NCBI GenBank assembly: GCA_051362555.1
Contig: CM120643.1
Location: 11,506,644-11,570,643, forward strand
DNA length: 64,000 bases
Direction: 5' to 3'
Source: Lingula anatina
Lineage: Eukaryota > Animalia > Brachiopoda
A program made the translations under genes and the position numbers. This document shows, piece after piece, positions 61,382-64,000 of this stretch. The notes beneath the pieces are model-generated. The model searched no databases. It saw only the letters and a program-made list of their open reading frames with translations, and was not told where the DNA came from. Positions within the stretch are counted from its first letter, which is position 1; every line of letters begins with the position of its first letter.

Positions 61382-64000
61382 CAAGGAGTTATAACAGAAG
61401 GAGATTACACGCGTGGGGGCGGAGCCCGTATTACGGTCTCTCATTGGTCGGAATGAATAGAACCCAGAGAACAATGGATGCCTATCTCTGTTACGCTTAA
61501 TTGTTGCTCTCGTTTAAATCTCGTTTGTTAGTATCTGTGCCTTTGTCTGTTGATTTTTGAGGACAGAAACAGAAACGGAGTCCCAAGTTTCTAAAAAATG
61601 AGAGAAATACAGAATTTATATGATATTACGTTGGACAAGGTTTTCAAAAAACAGGTAAGTGCTTTTAAATGCATAACTACACGAAATATGAAGATAAATT
61701 GCAACTTTTATGTCGTAGGGTCTCACTGTGTAAGTGTCCAGCTACACGTTGATCTCGCGAGGTGGTGTGTGGAGAATAAATATTGCACGAAAAATATTTC
61801 CCACTCATAACAAGTGCCTATAAATATAGTATCAGATGAAGAAAGTTTGGTCTTTATACAGTTGCAATTGTTAAGTAATTTGTGGCAATAGCAAAGAATA
61901 AAACTTAGGTGCACTTTCAGTAGCCGAATAACAAGCAGATGCTTAAGCCGCCATCTTGTTAATATTTCGAAAAAAAATTACTCCAAAAGACATTTTCCTC
62001 CTACTTTTTGAAACTTGTGTCACATGACAGTCATAAAATTTAACTAATTGTTATGTGTGCAACACACTTGCTTGAGCAGTATTGTTTTTTTTTGCGATTT
62101 TACATGTGGTCTAGCTTGGATACGACAATTGACAATTTTCATGAGTTCCGATCAAAAAGTGTTACGCTTGTTACGGCCAAAAGCCTTACCGCTTTTTGTA
62201 CTTTTCAAATGCAAGATTATAAAAAAAATTGGTGTGTTTAGATTCTTGAACATCTTGGTCGTGGCGTGGTATATATTGCATGGATACTGCTCCAATATTT
62301 CTTGAAAAAAATAACCTGATTTGTTCAGAATACCAATTTTTTACTCTAGTGTTATGGGTAAATGTACCATTTTGGCCTTTACCTTTTTCATGTTTAAATC
62401 TAAAAAGACTTATCATGACAGTTGGTCATCATTTTTCTTCTCACCATGGTGGGTGGCTTTGGAGTGGTAACTTTGTTGTTAAAGTAAAGTGCTCAGTTTT
62501 TTTGACTGGAAAATTTTGCCTCCACCCAGCATTTTCCATCATGGCGGTCTAACAGGAAGTTTGACTTCACAGTGTCTTTGGCATAGTTATTTTTAACTTA
62601 TTTAGTCTTCTTTTTACATATATATGTTTTAATTCATATTAAACCTTTGAAAAAAGAACACACATGAATCCTGGTGCTTCTTAATTTAAAGTCTTAAGGT
62701 TTTAAGTTCACCTAGGCTCCACCAATTACTTTACCTGTTATCTCACTACACATCTCTCTTTGAGTCAAGGTGTGTAAGACACACCTTATTGTGTAAGACA
62801 CCTCTATAATTAAGGGGTACTTGCTTCTCTACTAAATTATACTTCACTACTTTGGCATGTTAGGTGGCAAGCTTGGATGTTTCAGTTCATTTTAAGAAAG
62901 AAGCTTTGCCTTGGTGGTTACAAAAGAATAGAACTCTATTAAGGTTTATTCATTACTTGAAATTAAATATTTCATCTTGTAGTGTTGAAACAGAAATTCT
63001 CTCAAAATTGATAATGAATTTGACATGCATATCTTAACACTACTCAAGTTCTTTTTTTCTATTATAGATATGGGAGAAGGCTGCAGTGAATATATGAATT
63101 ATGGTCAGGCTGGAAAAAATTAAAATATGTCAATGAAAAAAGGAGGTCAGTGTGTCTGGGGTAAGTTACTTTTGTCATAATGCCTAAGATGCATTAAACA
63201 TTCACTAACAACAGTACCCTTTTTAATTTTTTTTTCAAAATACAACAACCTTGGGCATTTTCCTTTTAGCAACCAGCCTCTCTGAAATCCCCTTTTTGTC
63301 CTGTCAGAAGAGTAGGAACCAGGGCGGATTTAAATAATTTCTTGTAATAAGTACAATTTCTTTCAATTTCTTGGGGTTATTAGCTTTTGATCATGAATCT
63401 TGATGTTCTATATAAATTAAGTTGTAAATTGTTCATTTATGTGGTGAACATTATTTCAGTCAAGTCATAACAAGACACATTAAACTTCACTGCGTAATTC
63501 CATAATGTCTACATGGATACTAGTAGTTCATAATGCTATTATTATGTTTTTTTTTTTCTAACCTACAGGTTTCTCTCTTTTCTGAGTGGCATGGCATTAG
63601 CAAGGCAGAAGAAAAGGCCCTGAAGAAATTCTCACTTGAGTTGTCCTTTTTGGAGAAGAAACTGGATAAGACTGGCCAACAGAGATTGCATTAAATTAAT
63701 AGTGCTCCTTTATGACATTTTAAAATATTTTCAGTCACCTAACTGACTCTATACATTGCAAAAGTGGACATAAATTTTATGTTATTGTTACGTGGAAAAA
63801 AATTCAAAACCTATATATAAATTGTTGAGTGCCATGGTATAACAGTCTACCTGATTGCCAGTGAAATGTCTGTTTCAGTGAAATTTCTTTAAAGCAGTCA
63901 CTTACTGCTTACTTACCAGTTAATTTTTTCAGCTGTTACATTTTATAAATGTTCTTACTAAGTGTTGTCTTGATCTATAATAACCTTTTGAAAATCCCAT
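61382..64000. other. Non-histone sequence abruptly interrupting the spacer; possible left end of a DNA transposon
   Basis: Spacer homology stops at TTTTTACCA (61383) and continues (CA)AGGAGTTATAAC; no matching right end seen in the window. Confidence 0.35.

Overview
AT-rich, intron-containing animal DNA; the histone and repeat content suggests a mollusc or other lophotrochozoan (inference). Left half: multi-exon FEN1 (minus strand, 3' end runs off the window) lies head-to-head with DDX27 (plus strand, about 21 exons), with 292 bp between the ATGs. An intronless rhodopsin-class GPCR is nested antisense in a FEN1 intron, and several MITE/piggyBac relics sit in introns. Right half: a tandem cluster of replication-dependent histone genes, three units of H3(-)/H4(+)/H2B(-)/H2A(+), no H1, about 8 kb basic period, preceded by a degenerate orphan unit. 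Main finding: each of the three units carries a 5'-truncated Jockey/I-group-like non-LTR retrotransposon inserted in sense at the ATCATTC cap-site motif of a histone gene. Two insertions of one family are at H4 and one of a sister family is at H3. All have target-site duplications and share a covarying two-hairpin 3' end instead of a poly(A) tail. This looks like a retrotransposon lineage that targets histone transcription start sites. Coordinates were read by eye and may be off by a few bases.
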